Positions 1-7,827 of a stretch of DNA of 64,000 nucleotides are shown in pieces. Source of the DNA: Rhodospirillaceae bacterium. Its GTDB lineage: Bacteria; Pseudomonadota; Alphaproteobacteria; Reyranellales; JAQSWP01. A model generated the notes under the pieces. The model made no database searches and was not told the origin of the DNA. It saw only the letters and a list, made by a program, of their open reading frames with translations. The stretch is from contig JBDZUM010000004.1 of assembly GCA_040255215.1 (NCBI GenBank), positions 4,093 through 68,092 of the forward strand, given 5' to 3'. A program made the translations under genes and the position numbers. The number at the start of each line of letters is the position of its first letter. The stretch's first letter is position 1.

Positions 1-608
1 TTGCGGTCGATTATCGCCGTCACGCGGGCAGCCCCGGCAGCGGATCGCATGTCGGCAATCCACTTCGCCTTGTATTGGGCCGGCACCGGCGCGGCGTTTA
101 TCGTCCCGGTCAGTTCCTCGATTGCCGACTGCATCAGGTCGGGATTGGAGCGAACCGCGTTGATCTGCTTGTTGATGGCTTCCTGCACGTCGCTGCCGAT
201 CTTGCGGGCGCGCGTGTTGGCTTCCAGCCCCATCGCATCGGACGCCAGCGCCGTCTTGAAGTTGGTGGCCCGCTCGCGGAGATAGGCTTGCGCGTCGGGA
301 GAGAATCGCCGCAGCCGCTTTTCAACGTCGCGGTCAAACTCGCGTTGCAGATTGTCCGCAAAGCCGGGTTTGCCCGCGTCGGGACTGTTCTGCAATTCGA
401 CGGCCTTCTGCGTCCAGTCGAGTTTGATCTGCGCCAGCTCGTTGCCGGCCTCGGCAGCCTCGCGGGTCCGCTGCGCCTTGATAATGGTATCGCCGACCCC
501 GGCAAGGCCGGACGCGGTCTCGGAGAAAGCGTTGCCGCCAGTGCGGGCCAATACCGGCTGCCCCGGCTGCGGTTTTGCGGTCGATACGTAGAAGGGAAGT
601 TTACCCAT
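1..608 (-). CDS. phage protein, N-terminal part only (ORF runs off the left edge); absent from the supplied ORF track
   Basis: My own minus-strand translation from the ATG at 608-606 reads MGKLPFYVSTAKPQPGQPVLARTGGNAFSETASGLAGVGDTIIKAQRTREAAEAGNELAQIKLDW... It stays open for about 202 codons to position 1 and starts 18 nt after the terL stop. No motif was recognised. Confidence 0.6.
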   Translation of the reverse strand, partial: MGKLPFYVSTAKPQPGQPVLARTGGNAFSETASGLAGVGDTIIKAQRTREAAEAGNELAQIKLDWTQKAVELQNSPDAGKPGFADNLQREFDRDVEKRLRRFSPDAQAYLRERATNFKTALASDAMGLEANTRARKIGSDVQEAINKQINAVRSNPDLMQSAIEELTGTINAAPVPAQYKAKWIADMRSAAGAARVTAIIDR

Positions 609-625
609 GTCTCAATGTCCTTTCG

Positions 626-2053
626 TTACCATTCGCCGAAATATTCGTCACAGATGCCGCGCTGGGTCTGAATGACGTAGGGACCGCGACGGCGATTGCG
701 GCATTGCTCCCAGGTCCGCGCCTCGCGCAGCATCATCAGCCCGTATCGCGTCGCCGATAGAAGATCGTCCCGCAACTTGACGATGCGGCCGTCTTTGCGA
801 TGGTAGAGGCGGAACTCCTCGAACCATTCGCCAAGATGGCTGAACACCTTTAGCCGGCCGGTTCGCATCCGGTTGAGCATGTCCATAACGCCGGCCTCGA
901 CGCCGTTGCTGCCGTCAACGAACGTCGCGCGTTCTTCCAGCATCCGCAGTCCTTCGCTGCGGTAGATCGACGCCAGCGCAACGCCGCTGCCCTTGTCGTG
1001 CTGCAAGCCGTCATGCGGCCATGCCACCGGGATATTCTCGCCGCGCGCCTTGATCGCAGACGCATGGATGGCCGGAATTTCCTCTTTCGCGCGATAGCAG
1101 TCCGTCACATAGACGCAATCCGCGTCACGGTCCCATGCCAGCCATACCGCTGCGGTCGGATGGTCCCACCCGAAGTCCATGCCGACGATGCAGGCGAAGT
1201 AATCGGGGATCTGAAACGGCTCGCAGATAATGGCGCTTTCGGCCACCGGGAAGATGCGCCCGCTGCCAAGCATGGGGACGCCCTTTGTCCTGGCCTCGCG
1301 CTCATGCTCGGGATAGCCGGCAATGATCTTCGCCCGTTCCTCGGCTGAAATGTGTTCGGCTTCCTCCAGCGACATCATCGTCAGGGAACGGTCGGGATGC
1401 GGCTCGCCGTGGAACCGCATTTGCACGTCGCTGATTCCCTTCAGCGGCGTTGCTGTCAGATAGACCATGCCCTTTGTCGCCGTGATGCGGGCCAGCCCTT
1501 CCGAGTAAATGTCTAGCGGCGGTTCCTCATCGAACCAGACAAGGTGCAGCGTATCGGCCTGCCAGTTTTCGCGGCCCTGTTCGTAGGATTTGAAGCCCAG
1601 GTACGATATGCCGCCGCTGGCATGTTTGACCGTGACGTTATCCAGAAGATCGGGAACGCCCCGCGATGCCGACGTGGCGATGATCGCGTCTTTCGGGATC
1701 GTGCCAGTGCCGTACTGCCCCTTCAGCCCCATCAACAGGCGTTGAACGCCATCGCGGGTCAGTGCGCCAGTCTCGGCACCGGCCCATGCCCGAACAGGGA
1801 GATTGAATCTCCGACCGTCCCACCAGTCGGGATAACGCCCGGTAAGGTGCATCGCCGTTTCATAGGACGCGCACCACGTCTTGCCGGTCTGATTGCCTGC
1901 CGACAGATCGCGCTCGCGGTGCGTCTTGCCGGCATCGTGAAATGCCTTCTGCTTGGGATAGGGCGCGTAGAACGCCAGCCGGTTGTGCCGAGCGGCATCA
2001 ACCGCACGGCGGGCGCGGGTCAGCTTGTCCGCAAGGGCTGCGCGATCGCTCAT
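626..2053 (-). CDS. terL: phage terminase large subunit
   Basis: 475 aa. Walker A-like AGNQTGKT, Walker B plus catalytic Glu in HLVWFDEEPP, and a C-terminal RNase H-like nuclease region (VGMDFGWDHPTA). Confidence 0.9.
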   Translation of the reverse strand: MSDRAALADKLTRARRAVDAARHNRLAFYAPYPKQKAFHDAGKTHRERDLSAGNQTGKTWCASYETAMHLTGRYPDWWDGRRFNLPVRAWAGAETGALTRDGVQRLLMGLKGQYGTGTIPKDAIIATSASRGVPDLLDNVTVKHASGGISYLGFKSYEQGRENWQADTLHLVWFDEEPPLDIYSEGLARITATKGMVYLTATPLKGISDVQMRFHGEPHPDRSLTMMSLEEAEHISAEERAKIIAGYPEHEREARTKGVPMLGSGRIFPVAESAIICEPFQIPDYFACIVGMDFGWDHPTAAVWLAWDRDADCVYVTDCYRAKEEIPAIHASAIKARGENIPVAWPHDGLQHDKGSGVALASIYRSEGLRMLEERATFVDGSNGVEAGVMDMLNRMRTGRLKVFSHLGEWFEEFRLYHRKDGRIVKLRDDLLSATRYGLMMLREARTWEQCRNRRRGPYVIQTQRGICDEYFGEW

Positions 2054-2709
2054 TCCAGCCCCAGCGTTTTCAGGTAGCGCAGTTTCAGGATGGCCTCGCG
2101 TTCCGCCATCGTCCGATTGGCGAACTTGGGGTCAAGGTCGGAAGCGTAGAAGTCCAGCACGCGGCCAAGCCCGGCCATCGTGGCTACCTGCATCATGCGG
2201 CCGTGGATGCTTACCGGACTGCCGAGCGGCCCCATCAGACCGGCCTCGAACTTGCGGCCGGTCAGGCGGGACATGAGCCGTTCGATCTGGTCGCCTGCGG
2301 TTTCCATCTTGTTCACGATCCGCATGGCCTCCTGGCACCACATGTCCCATTCGTGCCCAAGGTCAACACGGCGCGTCAGAAGGGTCTTAAGCTCTTTCAG
2401 GTCGCGCGCCCGCTCGGCATCGGCCTCGCTGCCGGCCGCTTCCTGCACTCGCTGGCGCAGTCCTTCCAGACTGGCGGCGATGTTGTCGCGCGTGATTCGT
2501 TCCTGCGCCATTTCGGCGTTGACGCGATCAAGGGCGGCCCCGGCATCGTTGCTGCCAAGCGCCTGATCCGTCGCATACCGCTTCCGGGCTTCCTCGTACT
2601 GCGCCAGCTTGTCCTTGCTGCGGGCAAGATCGGCCTCGGCATCCGCAAGCGCCTGGCGCGCGGTTTCAAGGTCGCTCGGCTTTCGCATCATCTTAGCGAG
2701 TGCGTTCAT
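2050..2709 (-). CDS. hypothetical phage protein, coiled-coil rich
   Basis: The ATG at 2709 has GGAGGG 8 nt upstream (the track ORF extends to 2751). Its stop overlaps the terL start (ATGA at 2050-2053). The N-terminal half is Ala/Glu/Arg rich. It sits where a terS usually lies, but no HTH was recognised. Confidence 0.55.
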   Translation of the reverse strand: MNALAKMMRKPSDLETARQALADAEADLARSKDKLAQYEEARKRYATDQALGSNDAGAALDRVNAEMAQERITRDNIAASLEGLRQRVQEAAGSEADAERARDLKELKTLLTRRVDLGHEWDMWCQEAMRIVNKMETAGDQIERLMSRLTGRKFEAGLMGPLGSPVSIHGRMMQVATMAGLGRVLDFYASDLDPKFANRTMAEREAILKLRYLKTLGLE

Positions 2710-2989
2710 TGGTCGTGCCCTCCGTAATCTCGGCTTGCTGCCAGTCGGCAAACCATTTGAAATTCTCGACGGTCAATTGCGCTGTCGGCAGATTGGCCAG
2801 CGCGTCGCCCGTGGCCATGCCGACGATGCGCGCGACGGTCACGGGTAGGGCGAACTTGCCAGCATGGTCACCCGCCAGCCGCATCGGCCTGATTGCCTTG
2901 CCGCGCTTTACCGTGGCCGCTTCCAGCCGGTCGGGATCGAAGCCGATAGCACGCACGTCATCGGCGGTCAGGATGAAATGGTCTGCCAT
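2693..2989 (-). CDS. hypothetical phage protein
   Basis: The ATG at 2989 overlaps the stop of the upstream gene by 1 nt (the track starts at GTG 2998). Sequence MADHFILTADDVRAIGFDPDRLEAATVKRG...; no motif recognised. Confidence 0.5.
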   Translation of the reverse strand: MADHFILTADDVRAIGFDPDRLEAATVKRGKAIRPMRLAGDHAGKFALPVTVARIVGMATGDALANLPTAQLTVENFKWFADWQQAEITEGTTNERTR

Positions 2990-3828
2990 CACAGCCACCC
3001 TATGGTTTCGCCAAGCGTCTGCCGGATCGACGCCAGCGCAGCCGCTTCTGTGTCATCAAGGCCCGCGCCGACGAAAGCAAAGCGCGCATCGCAAGCGGTA
3101 AAAAGGGCGGGGGTGCCGCCATTGTTCTGCGCGCCGACAAACCAATTGCTAGAGCCAACGGCGACCGAGCCGTCACCATCGGTCGCCAGCGATACGCCAT
3201 CCTTGTAAAGCGCGGTTGCGCCCGATGACGTTCTAGACGCCATCCAAAGGGCTGTGCGCCCGCCGTGTGCGGTAACAATCTGGGAACTGTTTGCCTGTAC
3301 GCGAGCGTTCATGTTCAACGACAGGAACGTCAGCGTCGTTATGGGCGGGTCTTGCGATTCGCCGGCATTGCCCATGATGCAGTTATTCCCGGTCGTGCTG
3401 GTTGCCGCATCAACCGCGAAGCTGCCGGAATTCTGGACATACTGTGCGCCCCCGGACGGCGCGAAACCCGTGTCGATATACTGCGACGTGCCGTTAAGCG
3501 TGAAACCTACGCCAGCACCCCAATCGGGATCGTTGACGGTTTCTGCGTCGGTATTGAGCGCCTTCCAGTCGATCAACGAACCCGCCTCGTTCTGACCGGC
3601 AAACATCCAGATGCGGTCAGCCTTATCCCAAAGGCCAGCCGTTTTCATTGCGACGATGGCTGCGTTAATGCCCGTGGTATAGGGCGCGGCGCTCGTTCCG
3701 CTAGCCGCGAAGTACGCCGCTGCGTCCGCGTCCCAATCGCCATCATCGCCGCCCCGATGAGCGGGGCGGGTTGTGGCATCCCAGGCCGCAGGCCCGGCGC
3801 ACGGGTAGGCGGAAAAATAATCTCCCAT
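2989..3828 (-). CDS. LamG/concanavalin-like lectin-fold protein (possible fibre or receptor-binding protein)
   Basis: 279 aa. The C-terminal 180 aa follow the Laminin_G_3 pattern: FTLNGTSQYIDTG ... ALWMASRTSSGATALYKDGVSLAT ... SNWFVGAQNNGG ... ARFAFVGAGLDDTEAAAL. Confidence 0.5.
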   Translation of the reverse strand: MGDYFSAYPCAGPAAWDATTRPAHRGGDDGDWDADAAAYFAASGTSAAPYTTGINAAIVAMKTAGLWDKADRIWMFAGQNEAGSLIDWKALNTDAETVNDPDWGAGVGFTLNGTSQYIDTGFAPSGGAQYVQNSGSFAVDAATSTTGNNCIMGNAGESQDPPITTLTFLSLNMNARVQANSSQIVTAHGGRTALWMASRTSSGATALYKDGVSLATDGDGSVAVGSSNWFVGAQNNGGTPALFTACDARFAFVGAGLDDTEAAALASIRQTLGETIGWL

Positions 3829-3832
3829 CGGC

Positions 3833-4129
3833 CTACCCCTTCACAGAGGCATACAGGCCGGACGGCGAACTGCCGCCCGTGACCGTCACGCGCAGATCGC
3901 CATACGGCACCTTGAAACTGCACATGCCGGCTTCGGTAAACGAGGCATTGGAACCGACCGGAACGCCGGTATCCCCGCCATCGGCTTCGCGCCATTCCAG
4001 CGCCACGGTCGCGCCGTCGAACGTGCCGCGCACATACAACGTGCCTTCGCCGCCCTGATAGCGGGTCCATTCGCCCGTTGCCGATGCGTTCGCCAGCAAG
4101 GTGGGGTTAACTCTGTCAGTTATGCTCAT
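3833..4129 (-). CDS. hypothetical small phage protein, beta-strand-rich composition
   Basis: 98 aa with AAGGA upstream of the ATG. Alternating Thr/Val/Gly pattern (GTLYVRGTFDGATVALEWRE...LRVTVTGG). It lies 4 nt upstream of the LamG-like gene. Confidence 0.5.
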   Translation of the reverse strand: MSITDRVNPTLLANASATGEWTRYQGGEGTLYVRGTFDGATVALEWREADGGDTGVPVGSNASFTEAGMCSFKVPYGDLRVTVTGGSSPSGLYASVKG

Positions 4130-4156
4130 TGTCGTCTGTCCTTCTGCTGTTGCGCT

Positions 4157-4513
4157 CTATGCGCTGCCCATCGGCAGGATTGCCGAAAGATCGAAAGTGA
4201 TTTCGGAGCGGGGCCGGGGCTTGCCGGCGAACTCGTCACGAATTGCGGCCTCAATCGCCCGCGCGTTGTTGCCGCTCGTCAGTCCGACGCCCTTGCAGAT
4301 TTCCGCATCCGCTTCCAGCCGACTGCACGAATTGGCGACAAGGCCCAGCACCTCACCAAGCCGGCGGCTGGGCTTGGCGTCACGGCTGCGCTCGAAGGCA
4401 CACGCCACAACGAACAGGATCCCCGGCCACAGCAACGGCGCGGCGCGGAAGGCGGGCAGGCCGTCCAACCGGTCGGCAACACCAAGGGCAAACGTCGTTG
4501 CGTCGCTGGTCAT
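4157..4513 (-). CDS. hypothetical phage protein with one hydrophobic helix
   Basis: 118 aa. Hydrophobic stretch AAPLLWPGILFVVACAF. The start overlaps the upstream stop (ATGA at 4510-4513). Confidence 0.45.
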   Translation of the reverse strand: MTSDATTFALGVADRLDGLPAFRAAPLLWPGILFVVACAFERSRDAKPSRRLGEVLGLVANSCSRLEADAEICKGVGLTSGNNARAIEAAIRDEFAGKPRPRSEITFDLSAILPMGSA

Positions 4514-5295
4514 TGGCCGCCCCCGACAACCGCCACCACGTCCGGCCCCGGCTCGGGGTATGCCGCCCGGTAGAGCGCGTCACGCTCGGCAACCAGATCG
4601 GCGCGACCCAGGGCGGCAGGGTCTTTGACCACCCGCTGCCATTTCTCCGAAGCCTCGAACTCGCGGATGGCCCGCATGGGATCGTCTGTCGTCATCGCCT
4701 GTTCCTTCTGTTGGGGGATCGTCTTTGCCTGCGCCTCGAGGGCGGCCACGCGGGACATGGCATCGGCCCACGCCTGCAAGCGGGTTTCGTCCGTGCTGTC
4801 GGCGTCATACGCGGCCTTGGCCTCGCGCTCGGCCTGCCGGGCAGCATCAAGATCGGGGGCGATCTGCCGCGCCTGTTCCTCGGCAGTCGGGGGGAAGGCT
4901 TCGCCATAGACGGCGTCGCGTTCCTCGATCACCGCCGCATGGTTGGGGTGGCTCTGGTCATGCAGCGCCGCCTGGTATTCGGCATCGCCGATCTCGCGCA
5001 CCTTGAGCCAGCCGATAGCCGCCTGAGCGATGTCCTCGGGCGCGTACTGGTCCGTCCAGTCAATCGTGGTGCCTAGCTCGGCTTCCAGCACCGGCCCGAA
5101 CGGCATCAGCGCCGTGAGTGCGGCCTTGGCCTCGGGTCCGCTCCGGTCGGCAGTGCCGGCAAGGTGGCGCAGCCCGTTGATGGCCCGAACGCCCATGTCG
5201 TGCAGAGGGTGCGCCCGGTTGTTAAGCGCGGCGGCGATCTCGGGATCGGCGGAATACTTGTCCAGCAATTCGCGGCATTTCGCTTGCGTCAGCAT
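4510..5295 (-). CDS. hypothetical phage protein with three internal repeats
   Basis: 261 aa. Repeated motifs are AAL..(A/S)HP(L/N)H (twice) and ERDA(V/L)Y..A(F/Y)P (twice). The centre is Ala/Glu rich. Confidence 0.55.
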   Translation of the reverse strand: MLTQAKCRELLDKYSADPEIAAALNNRAHPLHDMGVRAINGLRHLAGTADRSGPEAKAALTALMPFGPVLEAELGTTIDWTDQYAPEDIAQAAIGWLKVREIGDAEYQAALHDQSHPNHAAVIEERDAVYGEAFPPTAEEQARQIAPDLDAARQAEREAKAAYDADSTDETRLQAWADAMSRVAALEAQAKTIPQQKEQAMTTDDPMRAIREFEASEKWQRVVKDPAALGRADLVAERDALYRAAYPEPGPDVVAVVGGGQ

Positions 5296-5588
5296 CAGGC
5301 TTGCTCCGTGCGGGATTGGGACTCCAAGGGCGCGCGGCGGGGCGCGTGATCCTCGGGGGCGGGGGTGGCCCCTGTGCGGCCATTAGAGCGCGCTACAGAG
5401 TCGGTAGCGGGCGGGGTGGCGCAGGCAGGGTCGGGGCGGCCGTGGCGCTGTAGCCGCCGCAGGAAGGCCGGCAAGGGCTGATCCGCGAAGCCGGGGGCGT
5501 GACTGTCCGGCATAGCCAAGATCAGGTGCGGCATTGGGCCGGACTTGCTGGCGTGACGGCGGGCAGCGGGAGCGCGACGGGGGATCAT
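5295..5588 (-). CDS. hypothetical protein (weak)
   Basis: Start chosen at the ATG overlapping the upstream stop (ATGA at 5585-5588); its stop shares 1 nt with the next start. Arg/Pro/Ala-rich composition, so only the coupling at both ends supports it. Confidence 0.35.
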   Translation of the reverse strand: MIPRRAPAARRHASKSGPMPHLILAMPDSHAPGFADQPLPAFLRRLQRHGRPDPACATPPATDSVARSNGRTGATPAPEDHAPRRAPLESQSRTEQA

Positions 5589-5824
5589 GCGGCCTCCGTC
5601 GAGTCGATAATGCCGGCGATCTCCAGCCACTCATCGGAGGCACGATCGAAAGCGGCCTCTGCGGCCTCGCTGGCGGCGACAAGGGCATCATCGGACGGGC
5701 TGGCATCTTCCAGCGCCCAGGCGTTGTCCATGTCCTGCATGGCGGCTTCCAGCCGTTCCCGTGCGCCAGCCTCGATTGCTTCCAGACGGATGCGGGACGG
5801 CATCCCATAGCGCGGCGCGGCCAT
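5585..5824 (-). CDS. hypothetical small acidic phage protein
   Basis: 79 aa, rich in Asp/Glu/Ala. Overlaps its neighbours at both ends. Confidence 0.45.
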   Translation of the reverse strand: MAAPRYGMPSRIRLEAIEAGARERLEAAMQDMDNAWALEDASPSDDALVAASEAAEAAFDRASDEWLEIAGIIDSTEAA

Positions 5825-6009
5825 CAGGCGGCCTCCGGGCCATTGCCCAGGTGCGGCCAGCGGCGCAGCACGGCAGCGGCGGCATGACGTTCTGCGGCCT
5901 CCGCAATGGCTGCCTCGATAGCCTCGCGCTCGGCACCGGGCGGCACGTCCCGGCGCTGCCGGGCGCGGGCGGCGCGCACCATGTCCAAGTAGATGATTGG
6001 AGCGGTCAT
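5824..6009 (-). CDS. hypothetical small phage protein
   Basis: 61 aa. The start overlaps the terS stop (ATGA at 6006-6009). Confidence 0.4.
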   Translation of the reverse strand: MTAPIIYLDMVRAARARQRRDVPPGAEREAIEAAIAEAAERHAAAAVLRRWPHLGNGPEAA

Positions 6010-6536
6010 TTTTCCTCGCTTTCTGCCACGGGGGCGCGGTCCAATAGACCGTTGCCGTCGAAATTCGCTTGTGTTTCGAGTCGGTTAGAAATGGCTGCTA
6101 CCGGTTTGCTACCGGGAGTCACGTCGATTACCGGCGGAAGCAGCCCGCCCATCTCGGCTTGAAGCTGCCGCCATTCGGCCAGAAGTTCCTCGGTAGTGCG
6201 GTTGTCGTTGATGGTCACTTCCCGTCGCTCGGCAAGTATCCAGCCCGAGCGATTGAGAATGTCGTTAGCCGCCTTCCGGCGCGTTTCTGGCGGCACTTCC
6301 TTGTCGCGGGCCAGTTCGATCAGCACGGCAGTCGATAGCGCCACGCCAGCGCCGAAATGCCTCTCCGCTTCCTCGCGGATCGCGGCCAGCACACGGGGAT
6401 TTCTTACGAGCGTGCTGCCAGCCACAGCGGCCCTACGCTTGCTATAGCCCGCAGCCAATGCGCTGTTCGTCTGGTGTCCGCCCAATTCGACGTATGCGGC
6501 AACGAACTTCCGCTGTCTGTCCGTTAGCTTCCTCAT
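6006..6536 (-). CDS. terS: phage terminase small subunit (Terminase_2-like)
   Basis: The N-terminus LTDRQRKFVAAYVELGGHQTNSALAAGYSKRRAAVAGSTLVRNPRVLAAIREE matches the Terminase_2 HTH signature (LTxKQxxFxxxY...AGYS...LLxNPxV). Confidence 0.8.
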   Translation of the reverse strand: MRKLTDRQRKFVAAYVELGGHQTNSALAAGYSKRRAAVAGSTLVRNPRVLAAIREEAERHFGAGVALSTAVLIELARDKEVPPETRRKAANDILNRSGWILAERREVTINDNRTTEELLAEWRQLQAEMGGLLPPVIDVTPGSKPVAAISNRLETQANFDGNGLLDRAPVAESEEK

Positions 6537-6715
6537 GCCGTCACCCGTTCGTTAGGACGGCTGGCGAAGCTCCCAGCGCAGCCTGCCGGACCTAGGGGGG
6601 TATGGGGGGAGGTGCGGCACCGGGGGTTCGGCGCGTTCGGCGGGGGGTTCGGCGCCCCGATCGGCATAGGGTTCGGCGGGGTTCGGCGGGGGGTTCGGCA
6701 GGTGCGGCGGGTCAT
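6533..6715 (-). CDS. possible 60-aa Pro/Asn-rich ORF overlapping the iteron array
   Basis: Its start and stop both overlap the neighbouring genes by ATGA. The low-complexity peptide (PPNPMPIGAPNPPPNAPNP) is a direct consequence of the DNA repeats, so coding status is uncertain. Confidence 0.3.
   Translation of the reverse strand: MTRRTCRTPRRTPPNPMPIGAPNPPPNAPNPRCRTSPHTPLGPAGCAGSFASRPNERVTA
6612..6708. repeat. iteron-like array, nine copies of G(T/A)(T/G)CGGC
   Basis: Copies start at 6612, 6626, 6635, 6647, 6659, 6671, 6681, 6693 and 6702. Six are exactly GTTCGGC. Spacing is 9-14 nt, mostly 12. The outermost copies are both AGGTGCGGC. Confidence 0.85.
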
Positions 6716-7827
6716 TTGGCAGCCTCCGCAGCGACCAGCCTTGATCGCTCTTTGCTGGCGCGGCCTTCCTGAATGACCTTCACAAGCCCGTCAGCCATCG
6801 CCCTGTGCAGTGCCTTGGTCAGCCCCGGCTTGGTCATGCCCTTGGCCTCGGGAAGCCTGCACAGCACGTTCGGGGCGAAGGCGGCGGACGGATTGGGGGA
6901 CAGGTAAATGCCGCGCGCCGTGGCGATGGCGACCAGCTCGGCAAACCGCTTCGCCTGATTGCGTTCCTCGATAACGGCCAGCATCCCGGTCCCGCTGTCA
7001 TCGCGGACGAATACCCCGCGCTCCCAGCGCAGCCGTATGACGCCGCCTGTCTCGGAGTAGTTCGCTTTCATGCCCTTCAATTCGCGGGCATCTGAATCCT
7101 CGGCATCGTCGCCGCGGGGGCGGGTCAGGTAGAAGCGGCTCCTAACGCTGTTGTTCCATGCCGTGCTGCCGCTCAGGCCGGTCCCGCTCGCCTGGCCGGC
7201 GACGGACGGATGCGCCGTCAGGATCACCGCGCCATTGTTGATGCTGGCCAGCCCTCGCAGGATGGATATGAAAGACCGGACCTCGTTCCTGAAATTCTCA
7301 TTGCCGCCAAACGTGTCCGCGACCGTATCCAAAACCACGATCTCGATTCCCCGCTCCCGAACCATCCGTTCGATCTGGTGAAAGAGCGGCTTGACGGTTG
7401 GGGGCGTGTGACTGTCCTTCGCGTATTGAACGAGGATGTTTTCCTGCCCGATGCGCGACATCCACAGCATCCGGCTTTCAAAGTCCGCGAAGGAACAGCC
7501 CATGTGTTCGTTGATCGCCGCTTGCCTGCGGTGCAGCTCGTCCGCGTCATCCTCACAGAACAGCGCCAGCGACTTGCACAAGGGCACCGGTAGGCCGATC
7601 CACTTGCCGCCCAGGGCAGCGGCCGTCATCAACTGCATTGCCAGAAGGCTTTTGCCGACGCCGCCGTCACCGGAAAGCATGACAACCGAATTGCGCGGCA
7701 CAAGATCGGGCACTAGCCATTCCCGCTCCGGAACCGGCCTGCCCTCAAGGCTGCTGGCGTCGATCACGCCAAAGTCGGATTCCCGCTTTCGCGCGTCGTG
7801 CATTTCAAGAGGTATGGGGGCGTTCAA
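6712..7827 (-). CDS. RepA-like / AAA_25 RecA-fold ATPase (replication helicase-type)
   Basis: 371 aa. Walker A in MLSGDGGVGKS, Walker B in IEIVVLDTVADTF, followed by ILTAHPS...GSTAWNNSVRSRFYL, typical of RepA/AAA_25 proteins of phages and plasmids. Confidence 0.8.
   Translation of the reverse strand: MNAPIPLEMHDARKRESDFGVIDASSLEGRPVPEREWLVPDLVPRNSVVMLSGDGGVGKSLLAMQLMTAAALGGKWIGLPVPLCKSLALFCEDDADELHRRQAAINEHMGCSFADFESRMLWMSRIGQENILVQYAKDSHTPPTVKPLFHQIERMVRERGIEIVVLDTVADTFGGNENFRNEVRSFISILRGLASINNGAVILTAHPSVAGQASGTGLSGSTAWNNSVRSRFYLTRPRGDDAEDSDARELKGMKANYSETGGVIRLRWERGVFVRDDSGTGMLAVIEERNQAKRFAELVAIATARGIYLSPNPSAAFAPNVLCRLPEAKGMTKPGLTKALHRAMADGLVKVIQEGRASKERSRLVAAEAAK

Noticed and set aside
75-671. 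Track ORFs 75-671 (+), 134-505 (-) and 352-591 (+) at the left edge.
   Set aside because: They are Arg/Pro/Gly-rich and all overlap the better minus-strand frame (1-608), which starts right after terL and has phage-protein-like composition.
6612-6708. The GTTCGGC repeat array as a CRISPR array or a VNTR.
   Set aside because: The units are only 7-9 nt with 2-7 nt between them. There are no spacer-sized unique segments and no cas genes. The periodicity fits protein-binding iterons instead.
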